Source: a virus
Taxonomy: Duplodnaviria > Caudoviricetes
Direction: 5' to 3' (one strand)
IMG/VR virus record: IMGVR_UViG_3300028797_000143
Coordinates: 24,862-88,861 of that record
Length of the DNA: 64,000 bases
A program made the position numbers and the translations under genes. Below, piece by piece: positions 28,043-37,917 of this stretch (positions are counted from its first letter, which is position 1; every line of letters begins with the position of its first letter). The notes under the pieces were generated by a model. It searched no databases, was not told the origin of the DNA, and saw only the letters and a list, made by a program, of their open reading frames with translations.

Positions 28043-29215
28043 ATGATATTTTACGGAGAAAAGAATGTTTACGAAGCCGCACTCGACCGAATCCGATATA
28101 TTTTCGACGAGTTCTACGGTAAACGTCCTATCATCGTCACCATTTCTGGCGGCAAGGACTCTACGGTGACACTTTACCTTGTTCATGAGGTTATGATGGA
28201 GCGTGGTATCGAGAAGATACCTGTTCTCTTTCTCGACCAAGAGGCCGAAGCTCCACAAACCACAGACTACATCAGGGAGATTATGCACCTTCCATGGGTA
28301 GAACCATATTGGGTGCAGACCTATTTTAAGGAGTGGAACGCCTCGAAGGGTGAATGGTTTAACGTATGGGGGCCTGGCGAGCAGTGGTGTCGTGAGAAAG
28401 AACCTAATAACCCCTATGCTGATATGGAACTGAGCACCAACGTCTATTTCACAAAGACGCTCAGCTGTGTGCAGTATTCTCTCTTTGGCAAGAGTTTCGT
28501 ATCCCTTGGCGGTGTGCGCATTGAGGAGTCTCCAGCACGTCTCTCAGGCCTTACCAACTGCGAGGTCATCGAAGGGACGGGTATCACATGGGGTAAGGGT
28601 GGTGGCTACTACAAGAATGGTGAGCCAAAGGCTATGGTACTCTATCCGATATGGGATTGGAAGTGTTACGATGTTTGGTATTACATCTTCAGCAACCGAA
28701 TCCCTTATTGCAAGCTTTACGACTATCTTTTCTCCGAGCAGCCATTACGTGACTGCCGTGTGAGTTCTCTTATCCACGAGCAAGCTATCAAGAATCTCGA
28801 AATCATCCGTCGTATTTCTCCTGAATTTTATGAGCGTTTACAACGCCGTGTAAAGAATGTTAATTCGACAGTGCAGGTCTATGCCGAGTTGATACACTAT
28901 ATCAATTGGACTTTCCTTCCTAAGTACTTCAATTCATGGGAAGAGTACGTGGAATATCTTGCCGACAACCTTGTAGGCGACAAGACAAAGGTGCCAGGCA
29001 TCAAACGCATGTACCATAATGCCCTTGATAGAGGGCTTGAAGGTGTAGGAAAGTGGGAGGAAGGCCGCGTCTTTGTGACGCGTCGCATCTCTCAGACAGC
29101 TGCCATCTGTATTCTTTCAGAAGATTTTGAGATGAAGCGCATACAGAATATTCAGCGCACCCTTCACGCTTATTACAACGAGAATTACGAAGCAATTAAA
29201 AACGCAAACAAATGA
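28043..29215 (+). CDS. PAPS-reductase-family protein, IbrA-like
   Basis: VYEAALDRIRYIF...SGGKDS PP-loop, FLDQEAE, GVRIEES..R, YPIWDW, RVSSLIHE. Confidence 0.85.
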   Translation: MIFYGEKNVYEAALDRIRYIFDEFYGKRPIIVTISGGKDSTVTLYLVHEVMMERGIEKIPVLFLDQEAEAPQTTDYIREIMHLPWVEPYWVQTYFKEWNASKGEWFNVWGPGEQWCREKEPNNPYADMELSTNVYFTKTLSCVQYSLFGKSFVSLGGVRIEESPARLSGLTNCEVIEGTGITWGKGGGYYKNGEPKAMVLYPIWDWKCYDVWYYIFSNRIPYCKLYDYLFSEQPLRDCRVSSLIHEQAIKNLEIIRRISPEFYERLQRRVKNVNSTVQVYAELIHYINWTFLPKYFNSWEEYVEYLADNLVGDKTKVPGIKRMYHNALDRGLEGVGKWEEGRVFVTRRISQTAAICILSEDFEMKRIQNIQRTLHAYYNENYEAIKNANK

Positions 29216-29871
29216 ATATAAGAGAAGAAATCAAGAAGGAGTTCGATGCCGCACAAGACAAGCTGGCATACCTGAACGACCTGAGAAAGTACATCAGTAC
29301 GCTTTCTCCCGAGAATGTGAATCCCGTTGACTGCGTGCTTTGGGTTCCCAAGGAGCAGGTTGTGGCCAACAACTACAACCCCAACCATGTTGCCGACAAG
29401 GAGATGAAGCTGCTGTACACGTCCGTCAGAGAGGATGGCTATACCATGCCTATTGTGACTATCTGGGATGACAACCTGAAGAAGTACGTCATCATCGACG
29501 GATTCCACCGCAACCTCGTCATCCGTAAGTTCCCCGACATCGATGCCCGCTGTAAGGGTATGTTACCTATCGTAGTACTCGACAAGGACATCGACCAGCG
29601 CATGGCCAGTACCATTCGTCACAACCGCGCCCGTGGCTCACACTCCATTGACGGCACGGCGAATATCGTCTTCCAGATGTTGAAGGACGGCAAGAGTGAG
29701 CGCGAGATCTGCGAGAACCTTGGCATGGAGCAACGCGAGTTTGGCAAGCTGATGTTTGTGACGGGCTTTGCCAAAATCTTCAAGAACTATCATTACTCTG
29801 CCTGTGTGGAGAAGGTGGTAGACGAGAAACGAGTAGCACGCGAAACGAAACAAAAAGAAGCGAAGAAATGA
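29212..29871 (+). CDS. IbrB-like ParB-domain protein
   Basis: ANNYNPNHVA..EM.LL..S..EDGYTMPIV, IDGFHR, ASTIRHNRARGSH. Confidence 0.85.
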   Translation: MNIREEIKKEFDAAQDKLAYLNDLRKYISTLSPENVNPVDCVLWVPKEQVVANNYNPNHVADKEMKLLYTSVREDGYTMPIVTIWDDNLKKYVIIDGFHRNLVIRKFPDIDARCKGMLPIVVLDKDIDQRMASTIRHNRARGSHSIDGTANIVFQMLKDGKSEREICENLGMEQREFGKLMFVTGFAKIFKNYHYSACVEKVVDEKRVARETKQKEAKK

Positions 29872-30542
29872 ATATTCAGACAGTAAAGATTGGGGAGATT
29901 TACCCCTACTACAACAACCCTCGAAACAACGCCGACGCGGTACAGCCCGTTATTGAGAGTTTCAAGAAGTTCGGCTTCATCAAGCCTATCATGGTCGACA
30001 AGGACCATATCATCATCTGCGGTCATACACGTTACATCGCGGCCTTCCAGTGCGGCTGTGAGTATGTGCCTATCATCGTCAGCGATATGCCAGAGGAGCA
30101 GGCTAAGCGCTTCCGCATCCTCGACAATAAGATTGCTGAGAAGTCAGGCTTCGATGAGAACGAGCTGATAGAGGAGCTGAAGAAGATGGAGGCTCCCGAG
30201 GAGATGCAAGCATTCTTCTTCGAGGACATCAACCGCATGATTAACTTCGACTTCAACCAGTTCCAGAACAACTTCAACGCTGCGGGTGGCGGTTTGCACG
30301 ACATCACCGATTTCCAATATGAGGAAGGAGGCGGTGAGGACTACCAGCCAGCACCGCAAGATACGACTGAATATGAGCCGTCCGAGGAATCTGAGGAAGA
30401 AGAGTTCAACACATTTAGTGAAGAAGACCCCGCCAAGGACCTCTTCGTGGTACAGATGCGCCCCGATGCCACCAGATTCATGAAGGTGGTATGCCCCTAT
30501 TGCGGAAACATTGAGGAAATCGACTTAGACATGGAGGACTAA
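29868..30542 (+). CDS. ParB-like nuclease-domain protein with C-terminal zinc ribbon
   Basis: PYYNNPRNN...FGFIKPI...IICGHTRY...RILDNK; CPYCG. Confidence 0.8.
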   Translation: MNIQTVKIGEIYPYYNNPRNNADAVQPVIESFKKFGFIKPIMVDKDHIIICGHTRYIAAFQCGCEYVPIIVSDMPEEQAKRFRILDNKIAEKSGFDENELIEELKKMEAPEEMQAFFFEDINRMINFDFNQFQNNFNAAGGGLHDITDFQYEEGGGEDYQPAPQDTTEYEPSEESEEEEFNTFSEEDPAKDLFVVQMRPDATRFMKVVCPYCGNIEEIDLDMED

Positions 30543-30545
30543 ACT

Positions 30546-31157
30546 ATGGCACAAGACATCAAATTAAAGAAGGAAATCGTAGAGGTTGACATCAACCAGA
30601 TTACCCCCTACGAAGGTTCGCATAAGACAGACGCGAGTATCAACCTGCTCATCGAGAGTATCAAGGACTTCGGCGTGAACCAGCCTATCACCGTAGATAA
30701 GAACTACGTTGTGGTGACGGGAAATGGCGTTTATAAGGCCGCAAAGGAGGCGGGGCTGACCAAACTCCCGTGTATCATCCTTGATGACCTCACAGACGAG
30801 GAAATCAAGCAATATCGTATTGCGGACGATAAGACACAGGAGTTCGCCACATGGAACGAGAAGAAACTCCGTCAGGAGCTCTCTTACCTCCAAGACCCGA
30901 CGTCGATGCAGATGTACTTCGATGAGAGTATCGTCGGTATGCTCGGCCTCGATGCGAAGGTGAAGCAGAATCCTATCGTCTCGACACAGCAGACAGAGAC
31001 AGCCGGTATTGTCAATGCAATGACAAAGGCCGAGAAGGACAAGAAGTTCAAGGAGGAACTGAACAACGTCAATGCAAGTATGAACATACAGCCCGCCGAG
31101 TACTTTGAGTACCATTGCTCGAAGTGTGGCCGTCTGGTAAAAGTAAAGGTAAACTGA
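30546..31157 (+). CDS. ParB-like nuclease-domain protein with C-terminal zinc ribbon
   Basis: FGVNQPITVD...VVTGNG...YRIADDK; CSKCG. Confidence 0.8.
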   Translation: MAQDIKLKKEIVEVDINQITPYEGSHKTDASINLLIESIKDFGVNQPITVDKNYVVVTGNGVYKAAKEAGLTKLPCIILDDLTDEEIKQYRIADDKTQEFATWNEKKLRQELSYLQDPTSMQMYFDESIVGMLGLDAKVKQNPIVSTQQTETAGIVNAMTKAEKDKKFKEELNNVNASMNIQPAEYFEYHCSKCGRLVKVKVN

Positions 31158-31158
31158 T

Positions 31159-31698
31159 ATGGCAAACGACAACAAAATGGCAGGATTGGTACACTCCATG
31201 CCATCTCCTGTAGGTCACCCTCCACGCTTTAAGACGCCGAAAGCACTATGGGATAAGTTCGTGGAATACTGCGATTGGATTGATGGTAATCCGTGGCAGG
31301 AGAAGACCGCATCTAACGTCCTTGACTCTATTGGCGCTGGCGAAGAACAGAAACAGAAGAACGCTCTTCGTCAGAATGTGGTAGTAACCCAGAGGGCCTA
31401 TACTCTATATGGCTTCTGCGCCTATGCAGGCATCCATTACAAATGGGCCGACTTCCGTAAGAACTATATCGATAAGACGGGGTTTCCACCTGTCATTGAG
31501 CAGATTGAGAATGTCATCTGCGCCCAACAGGTGGATGGAGCTATGATCAATAAGTTCAACTCTAACCTCGTGGCACGCCTTAACGGATTCGCCGATAAGC
31601 AATGGATGGAGCTGACAGGTCGCGGTGGCGATGACTTCAAGTGGCCTAAACTCACAGATGCGGACATAAAGTATCTTAAAGATGTAAACGGTTTATAA
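31159..31698 (+). CDS. terminase small subunit (putative)
   Basis: GHPPRFKTP..LW..F.EY, directly upstream of terL with TAATG overlap. Confidence 0.7.
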   Translation: MANDNKMAGLVHSMPSPVGHPPRFKTPKALWDKFVEYCDWIDGNPWQEKTASNVLDSIGAGEEQKQKNALRQNVVVTQRAYTLYGFCAYAGIHYKWADFRKNYIDKTGFPPVIEQIENVICAQQVDGAMINKFNSNLVARLNGFADKQWMELTGRGGDDFKWPKLTDADIKYLKDVNGL

Positions 31699-33176
31699 TG
31701 GATTTTCAGCAACAGAAACTTATCCATAAGCAACTGTTACTGTCATCAACCCTCCGTTTCACGCAAGGGTTCTTCCAGTACATGAATGGTGCTCCTTACA
31801 TCGTAGGTGAGCACCATATTAAGATATGCCAATATCTTGACAAGGTTGTGAAGGGTGAGATTCAAAAGCTGATAATCAACATAGCTCCGCGCTATGGAAA
31901 AACGGAGCTTGTATCCAGAATGTTCCCCGCCTACGGGTTTGCGCTTAATCCAAGGTCGCTTTTCTTACATCTCAGTTATAGCGGTAGCTTGACACTTGAT
32001 AATTCCGTTGCAACAAAAGACATTATCAAATCGAAGTACTTCCAGAATGTGTTTAATGTAGAGTTTGACCGCCGTATAAATTCAGGCTCGAAATGGAATA
32101 CAACAGTAGGTGGTGGTGAGTATGCTACCTCTATGCTCGGACAGATTACAGGTTTCGGTGCAGGTCGTGTAGAGCTTGACTACGATAAGGATGAAGATAA
32201 GCTGTTTGATGATTTCACCGCACGTTATAACCCGAATGGCTTCTCAGGGGCGATTATCATCGATGACCCCATCAAACCAGACGAAGCTTTGAGTGACAAG
32301 ATACGTGAAAAGGTGAACCTCCGCTTCGAGACAACCATCCGAAACCGTGTCAACTCCCGCAAGACACCTATCATCATCATCATGCAGCGGCTCCATGAGC
32401 ATGACCTCTGCGGATACCTTCAGGAGATAGAACCTGACGAGTGGACTGTCCTCTCACTTCCTGCTATCATGACTGATGGACATGGGAATCAGAGACCGCT
32501 ATGGCCGTTCAAGTTCACCATCCCCGAGTTGATGAAGATTAAGAACGCCAACTCCTATGTCTTCGAGACGCAATACATGCAGAACCCCACCCCGCTCGAA
32601 GGACTTATGTACCGCCCGTTCAAGACCTACGAGATACTACCTCCGCGTCGCTCTGCGAAGTTTATTGGCAATGTTACCGACCCAGCTGATACGGGAGCGG
32701 ATTGGCTGTGTTCCATCTGCTTCGATGTACACCCGGAAGGTTACTATGTCACCGATGTCCTCTATACGAAGAAGCCTGCAGAATACACCGAGCAAGCAAT
32801 GGCGCAGATGTTATGCAAGAACGAGACGGGTGTTTGCTTCATAGAGTCCAACAATGGAGGACGATTGTTCATGCGTAACGTGGAGAGGATAACCCGTGAG
32901 TACGAAAATAGGCAGACGCAGTTCGTGACCTATACTACCCACATGAACAAACAGGTGAGAATCTTCTCCCGATCCAATGAGGTGTCTAATATGCTCATCT
33001 TCCCACAAGGATGGGAACATAGGTGGCCAGAGTTCTATCGTGACTTGACATCATACCGAAAAGAGGGCGCGATGGCTCATGACGATGCACCTGACTGCGC
33101 AACGGCGGTAATTGAGAGATGTGAGAATTGGGGAGGTACGGCTACTGATTCGGAGATACTAAGTGATTTCTTATAA
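31698..33176 (+). CDS. terL: terminase large subunit
   Basis: APRYGKT Walker A, IIIDDPIK, IMQRLHEHDL, QYMQNP, HDDAPDC nuclease motif. Confidence 0.92.
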   Translation: MDFQQQKLIHKQLLLSSTLRFTQGFFQYMNGAPYIVGEHHIKICQYLDKVVKGEIQKLIINIAPRYGKTELVSRMFPAYGFALNPRSLFLHLSYSGSLTLDNSVATKDIIKSKYFQNVFNVEFDRRINSGSKWNTTVGGGEYATSMLGQITGFGAGRVELDYDKDEDKLFDDFTARYNPNGFSGAIIIDDPIKPDEALSDKIREKVNLRFETTIRNRVNSRKTPIIIIMQRLHEHDLCGYLQEIEPDEWTVLSLPAIMTDGHGNQRPLWPFKFTIPELMKIKNANSYVFETQYMQNPTPLEGLMYRPFKTYEILPPRRSAKFIGNVTDPADTGADWLCSICFDVHPEGYYVTDVLYTKKPAEYTEQAMAQMLCKNETGVCFIESNNGGRLFMRNVERITREYENRQTQFVTYTTHMNKQVRIFSRSNEVSNMLIFPQGWEHRWPEFYRDLTSYRKEGAMAHDDAPDCATAVIERCENWGGTATDSEILSDFL

Positions 33177-33177
33177 T

Positions 33178-33816
33178 ATGGAAAAGCTGTCAGTTATTAC
33201 TATAAACCTCAACAACAAGGAAGGACTTAAGAAGACTATAGATAGCGTCATCAAACAGACTTGTTTCAGTCTTCTGGAGTTTATTGTAATCGATGGAGAG
33301 AGCACAGATGGAAGCGTAGACGTTATCCGAGAAAACGAAAGATACTTGAAGTATTGGGTGTCAGAGAAGGATGGTGGAATCTACGATGCCATGAATAAAG
33401 GTATACGCATGGCCAACGGGGAATTCTGCCTATTTCTTAACAGCGGAGACACATTCCATTCAGAATGCTCCTTTGGCCTATCTATACCATACCTCAACAA
33501 AGACATCGTTTATGGCAATATGATAATAGATGGAAAGGTTGCTACATACCCAGATAGATTAACTAACGGCTATTTCAGATATAACACTCTTCCACACCAA
33601 GCTTCGTTTATTCGTACTGCCCTATTGAAGAAGAGAGGATATGACACTTCTTATAGAGTTATATCTGATTGGATAAGGTTCAGAGAACTGATAATGGTAG
33701 GATGCTCATATAGGCACATAGATGTTCTTGTCAGCGACTTCGAGCCAGGAGGTATTAGCGCCGATTACAACAAGATAAAGACGGAGCGAAAGAGATATTT
33801 GGAATCTATTCAATGA
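33178..33816 (+). CDS. GT2-family glycosyltransferase (WcaE-like)
   Basis: LSVITINLNN, IDGESTDGS, EKDGGIYDAMNKGI, FLNSGD, HQASF. Confidence 0.88.
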   Translation: MEKLSVITINLNNKEGLKKTIDSVIKQTCFSLLEFIVIDGESTDGSVDVIRENERYLKYWVSEKDGGIYDAMNKGIRMANGEFCLFLNSGDTFHSECSFGLSIPYLNKDIVYGNMIIDGKVATYPDRLTNGYFRYNTLPHQASFIRTALLKKRGYDTSYRVISDWIRFRELIMVGCSYRHIDVLVSDFEPGGISADYNKIKTERKRYLESIQ

Positions 33817-33825
33817 TTTTAGTAT

Positions 33826-33872
33826 TTTTAACTATAAATATTTGCACAATTCATCAAAAACCCGTACCTTTG
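33826..33872 (+). promoter_or_regulatory. extended phage promoter, copy 4
   Basis: TTTTAACTA-N6-TTTG-N20-TACCTTTG. Confidence 0.8.
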
Positions 33873-33930
33873 TATATAAGAAAGAAAGGAAAGCCCTTTC
33901 AAACAGAAACCAATTAAACAGAGTACAGCT

Positions 33931-34395
33931 ATGGGAATGTTCAGCTTTTTCACACAGGACACCGACGAGAGAATCGTTAATGGCAAGCCAATGCACGTTG
34001 TCATGGTAGACAACAAAGGTAATCAGTATGTCGAAGAGTGCTACGAAGGCTACGGAGTATTTGGAGGCAAGGACTACTACGAACTCCTCGCAGAGATGAA
34101 TGGTCACGAGGTGGTCAAACTTCTGCACGGCATGGGATACGCAGTAGAAGACAAGGATGGTAAGAACCATCACTTCGACTCCGAAGAGCAGGCAAAAGAC
34201 AAGCTTCGCTCTATAGGCATTGAACTCGCTTTCGACGGACACCCTCACGGAGACAATCCGAACGTGTTGCACCCGTCACTCACAGCGAATGGCGAGTATT
34301 TCAACGGAGAACCACCCGCCGCAGACCCAGACCAAGGGTTCACGGATGAGGAGATTTGGGGCGATTACTATGACTTTAACGAGGAGGAAGACTAA
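33931..34395 (+). CDS. hypothetical acidic protein (YEGYGVFGGKDYY)
   Basis: First ORF after promoter and leader. Confidence 0.75.
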   Translation: MGMFSFFTQDTDERIVNGKPMHVVMVDNKGNQYVEECYEGYGVFGGKDYYELLAEMNGHEVVKLLHGMGYAVEDKDGKNHHFDSEEQAKDKLRSIGIELAFDGHPHGDNPNVLHPSLTANGEYFNGEPPAADPDQGFTDEEIWGDYYDFNEEED

Positions 34396-34586
34396 TGACA
34401 CGGCTATTGAAACGCGAAATATGGAGGAACGGAACCTGCATTTATTTCATTGAGAAGTATTACGAGAAGTTCGCCTCTGTGCCTCATTGGAGATACGGCG
34501 AGTACACAAGCCAAGGTAAGGTTGTCCAGAGTGACGGATTACTTAAGAAACCGAGTAAGAAACTAAACTACTTCCAGCTATCATGA
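34395..34586 (+). CDS. hypothetical protein
   Basis: Overlaps on both sides. Confidence 0.55.
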   Translation: MTRLLKREIWRNGTCIYFIEKYYEKFASVPHWRYGEYTSQGKVVQSDGLLKKPSKKLNYFQLS

Positions 34587-35425
34587 CACAGCTTACAAAG
34601 CCCATGTTGGCTACAGGATATGATAAGACCCGTGTGAAGTTCCCATGCATCGTCCAGACTAAATTGGACGGCGTGAGAGCGCTTCTCTGTTTGATTGGTA
34701 ATGAGGTACACATCCTTTCACGCACGGGGAAAGAGTATTATGTACCACACCTGAGAGAGTGGGCAGAGGGTCACAGAGACCTTCTCCCCCTCGACGGTGA
34801 AATCTACGCCTACAAGGATTTGACGTTCCAGCAGATCTGCTCGGCAGTGAAATGCAAATCGGATTGGACGGATAAGCTTAAGTTCGTGGCGTATGATAGA
34901 CCAATAACAGAAGAGACAAACATCAAAAGGTGGTCAAACCTTCTATCTGACTTGGAAAAGGTACAAGACCCCGTTAATCTCTGCCAGACGATAATATGCC
35001 ACTCTTTTGAGGAGATAGAACGATGGCATGACTTCTTCGTACAGCAAGGCTACGAGGGTGCTATCATCCGTAATATGGATGGTATGTATATCGAAGGAAG
35101 AAGCGGGAATCTTATGAAGCTGAAGAAATTCGACACTGACGAATACGAGATAGCTGATGTGATAGAGGCCAGCGGACAGGACAAGGGCACGGCAATATTC
35201 AAGCTGGTGGTGGCCGACTTCCTGTGGACGGAAGAGGCTCACCCAGCGGGCAAGCCATTTACGTTCTTTGCCCGCCCGACTGGGAGCAAGGTGCTCCGTG
35301 CAAGCTATCTGCGAGACCGTGAGAAGCTGATAGGCAAGCAGTGTACCATCCGGCATTTCGGATTCACGGACGGCGGTGTCATCCCCCGCTTCCCTGTGGC
35401 GTTAGGAATTAGAGACTATGAGTAA
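34583..35425 (+). CDS. ATP-dependent DNA ligase
   Basis: KLDGVRA (motif I), LDGEIY, YEGAIIR, LMKLK, RFPV. Confidence 0.9.
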   Translation: MTQLTKPMLATGYDKTRVKFPCIVQTKLDGVRALLCLIGNEVHILSRTGKEYYVPHLREWAEGHRDLLPLDGEIYAYKDLTFQQICSAVKCKSDWTDKLKFVAYDRPITEETNIKRWSNLLSDLEKVQDPVNLCQTIICHSFEEIERWHDFFVQQGYEGAIIRNMDGMYIEGRSGNLMKLKKFDTDEYEIADVIEASGQDKGTAIFKLVVADFLWTEEAHPAGKPFTFFARPTGSKVLRASYLRDREKLIGKQCTIRHFGFTDGGVIPRFPVALGIRDYE

Positions 35426-35604
35426 CCAATTAAACAGTATGAGTTATGAAGATAGTAACATTGACATTCGTTGTCAGCGACAAGGTGGCTGATGACATTC
35501 AGAACGATTTGGCGTGGGGTGATATAGGCAATGCTGTTGAAACGTTGAATGCGAACTGTGACGAGAGTGACTATGACATAGAAATTATAGACTTATGATG
35601 GATA

Positions 35605-35635
35605 GAGGGAGACTAAGCACTCCCTCTACCTTTTT
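35605..35635 (+). terminator. intrinsic terminator
   Basis: TAGAGGGA...TCCCTCTA stem followed by T-run. Confidence 0.65.
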
Positions 35636-35640
35636 AGTTA

Positions 35641-35687
35641 TTTTAACTATTATTCTTTGCGTATCTCACTGAACTTCAGTATCTTTG
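35641..35687 (+). promoter_or_regulatory. extended phage promoter, copy 5
   Basis: TTTTAACTA-N6-TTTG-N20-TATCTTTG. Confidence 0.8.
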
Positions 35688-35743
35688 CATATAGAAAGGA
35701 AGGGAGAGCCCTTCGAGTTAAAAACCAATTAAACAAGAAAGTT

Positions 35744-36415
35744 ATGGAACTAAAAGAAATTCTATTTGGCACCCTGGAGCCGCAAGAGAAGTTGGAGCGC
35801 ATCAACACCATTTCAGGGAAGACGTTGTTGAAGCCGTATGTGATGTTACCCGTCATAAGGCGCATCGTAAAAGAGTGCGGAAAAGAGGGTAACTTCCGTG
35901 TTAAGCACGACAGGCAGCTTGGAAATCGATGGAACTCTATTGTGAAGGGAATATATAACTACAAAGGAGAAATCTTCGTCGATGTATATATCCAGAGCGA
36001 TAAGACCGACACCAACATACCAGTCCTCTATGACAACCTCCTTGGCGGCGGTGTCAGTCGTGTAGAGAGCCACATCGGGAACGCCACGTACCGAGAGGAT
36101 GAGAAGGAGGCTGTAGTACGAGGGCTTCTTTCAGAGTATGTCTATTACAAGTATATCGAGAAGGAGGCGAGAGAAGCGCAGGAGAAGATTGACAACCTAC
36201 TCCACTACTCGATTACCAATCCCGTTTTTGATTACTACTATAAGAGATGGGACGGATGGCATCGTATGGACTTCGACAAAGACCTCAGAAATCGTTATTA
36301 TGGCGGTAAGGAAGCCGTAGAGGAGTATGCAAAGGCTCATGTGGACGAGCTGACAGGCAAGAGCGTCAGTGAGCTTCAAGAGATCTACAAGCAGGTATTC
36401 ATCGGTAAAATCTAA
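35744..36415 (+). CDS. hypothetical protein
   Basis: Start moved to MELKEIL after leader motif. Confidence 0.7.
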   Translation: MELKEILFGTLEPQEKLERINTISGKTLLKPYVMLPVIRRIVKECGKEGNFRVKHDRQLGNRWNSIVKGIYNYKGEIFVDVYIQSDKTDTNIPVLYDNLLGGGVSRVESHIGNATYREDEKEAVVRGLLSEYVYYKYIEKEAREAQEKIDNLLHYSITNPVFDYYYKRWDGWHRMDFDKDLRNRYYGGKEAVEEYAKAHVDELTGKSVSELQEIYKQVFIGKI

Positions 36416-36420
36416 CAGCT

Positions 36421-36612
36421 ATGAAAGGTCAGTTCACGAAGCCCATAGGCTATATAGAGGAAATCGGCGGTTATGTCATCAAGAAGATATACGACCGCGG
36501 AAAGAAGTACATCGTATGGAAGGGCGCTATCTATTGGAGGTTCGCCAACATACAGCAGGCGCGAAAGTTCGCAACGGAAAGAATACAAAACCAACAACTG
36601 AAATTCCTATGA
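36421..36612 (+). CDS. hypothetical protein
   Basis: ATGA overlap to next gene. Confidence 0.55.
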   Translation: MKGQFTKPIGYIEEIGGYVIKKIYDRGKKYIVWKGAIYWRFANIQQARKFATERIQNQQLKFL

Positions 36613-37109
36613 AACAGATAAGTATTGAAGAGGTAAGAAACAGCCTCGTAGAGCAGATAAAGGTCAAGCTGAACAAATGCGATGGCAAGTATTATTATTT
36701 CGAGGAGTATTTAAATGAGTGCTTCCTCGTCTCTGGCCAATGGGTTCCATGCGCTGGCGTTAAGTTGAAGGAAAATGGAGTCCTTGTGTTTGATGTTACC
36801 ATCATTAACGTGCATGATATTGAAGTGGGGTATAACGACCTGATGGTAGAGTCACTTCAAAACATCTTGGATGCAATTCCTTTCGAGGTGCACAAGTTGG
36901 AGATAAAGGCTTGTCAAATATCGTCAGCAGAAGTGATGACCGTCTTGGAGAAGGAACTATCATATCTCCCATCAGGCGACGAATGCTATTCTATTCTTGA
37001 CGACTTCCTCGGTGCCGGGTGGGTGCGCGAAGAGGATGACCCATATCAGTATTATAAGTACCCGAATACGGAAGACGATAAACATTGGCTCAGTGCCTAT
37101 TTCAGCTGA
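36609..37109 (+). CDS. hypothetical protein
   Basis: Start moved to MKQISIE. Confidence 0.65.
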   Translation: MKQISIEEVRNSLVEQIKVKLNKCDGKYYYFEEYLNECFLVSGQWVPCAGVKLKENGVLVFDVTIINVHDIEVGYNDLMVESLQNILDAIPFEVHKLEIKACQISSAEVMTVLEKELSYLPSGDECYSILDDFLGAGWVREEDDPYQYYKYPNTEDDKHWLSAYFS

Positions 37110-37330
37110 TGGAACAGAGTATAGATACAAGAACAGCCTTCATGGAGCTGCAGGCCGCAAGGGACAGGTACAGGAGATTCATGAAGACGTATTGGGACAA
37201 AGAGCGCAATCAAGTCATGACCTCCCAACTGAAGACGTTTGCCATCATCTTCAAGGCAGGCATCATCGCGAGGATGCGGTATGACAAGAGCCTGCTCCAA
37301 GCAAAGCGGAAGCTTACTTTAAGTCTTTGA
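37109..37330 (+). CDS. hypothetical protein
   Basis: TGATG overlap. Confidence 0.55.
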   Translation: MEQSIDTRTAFMELQAARDRYRRFMKTYWDKERNQVMTSQLKTFAIIFKAGIIARMRYDKSLLQAKRKLTLSL

Positions 37331-37340
37331 TTTTCAGTAT

Positions 37341-37387
37341 TTTTAACTAAAATAGTTTGCGCGTATGCGCAAAAATGCGTACCTTTG
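37341..37387 (+). promoter_or_regulatory. extended phage promoter, copy 6
   Basis: TTTTAACTA-N6-TTTG-N20-TACCTTTG. Confidence 0.8.
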
Positions 37388-37445
37388 CATATAAGGAAGA
37401 AGGAGGAGTGCTCCTTTAATCAAGAACCAATTAAACAGAAAAGTT

Positions 37446-37913
37446 ATGTTACAGACAGAGTTTTACGAAAGGACAAAGGACAACCTCACAGGTGAGGAGT
37501 ACGCAAAGGTAGAACATCTCTACAATTCAGTCCAGATGGATAAGGATGAGTTCTGCAGAGAGTGGATGCGTCACGAGAGGGACGATAAGATGATAGCAGA
37601 GCTGATGGTCACCATCAACAACTTGGAACGCAAGAGCCAGGAGTTGGAGTTAGACAACAAGCGCCTCATGAATGACTTCAAGAAGGCCATGAGGCAGCAC
37701 GAGGAAGAAGTTAAAAGTGATGCCGCTGCCTATAAGAGAAGCATGGAGGACTTCGGGCGCAAGATCATCGTGAACGCAAGCGACGATTCCTGCCTTTACA
37801 GCATCATCGAGGAGGAGTTCGGAATAGACTTCATCATCATGGTAAAGCTTGAAGAGGACATCGACTTGGAGAAGTCCGAGAGAGAGTATCTTGCCAACAA
37901 ACTAAAGCGCTAA
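37446..37913 (+). CDS. hypothetical coiled-coil protein
   Basis: First ORF after promoter and leader. Confidence 0.7.
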   Translation: MLQTEFYERTKDNLTGEEYAKVEHLYNSVQMDKDEFCREWMRHERDDKMIAELMVTINNLERKSQELELDNKRLMNDFKKAMRQHEEEVKSDAAAYKRSMEDFGRKIIVNASDDSCLYSIIEEEFGIDFIIMVKLEEDIDLEKSEREYLANKLKR

Positions 37914-37917
37914 GAAG

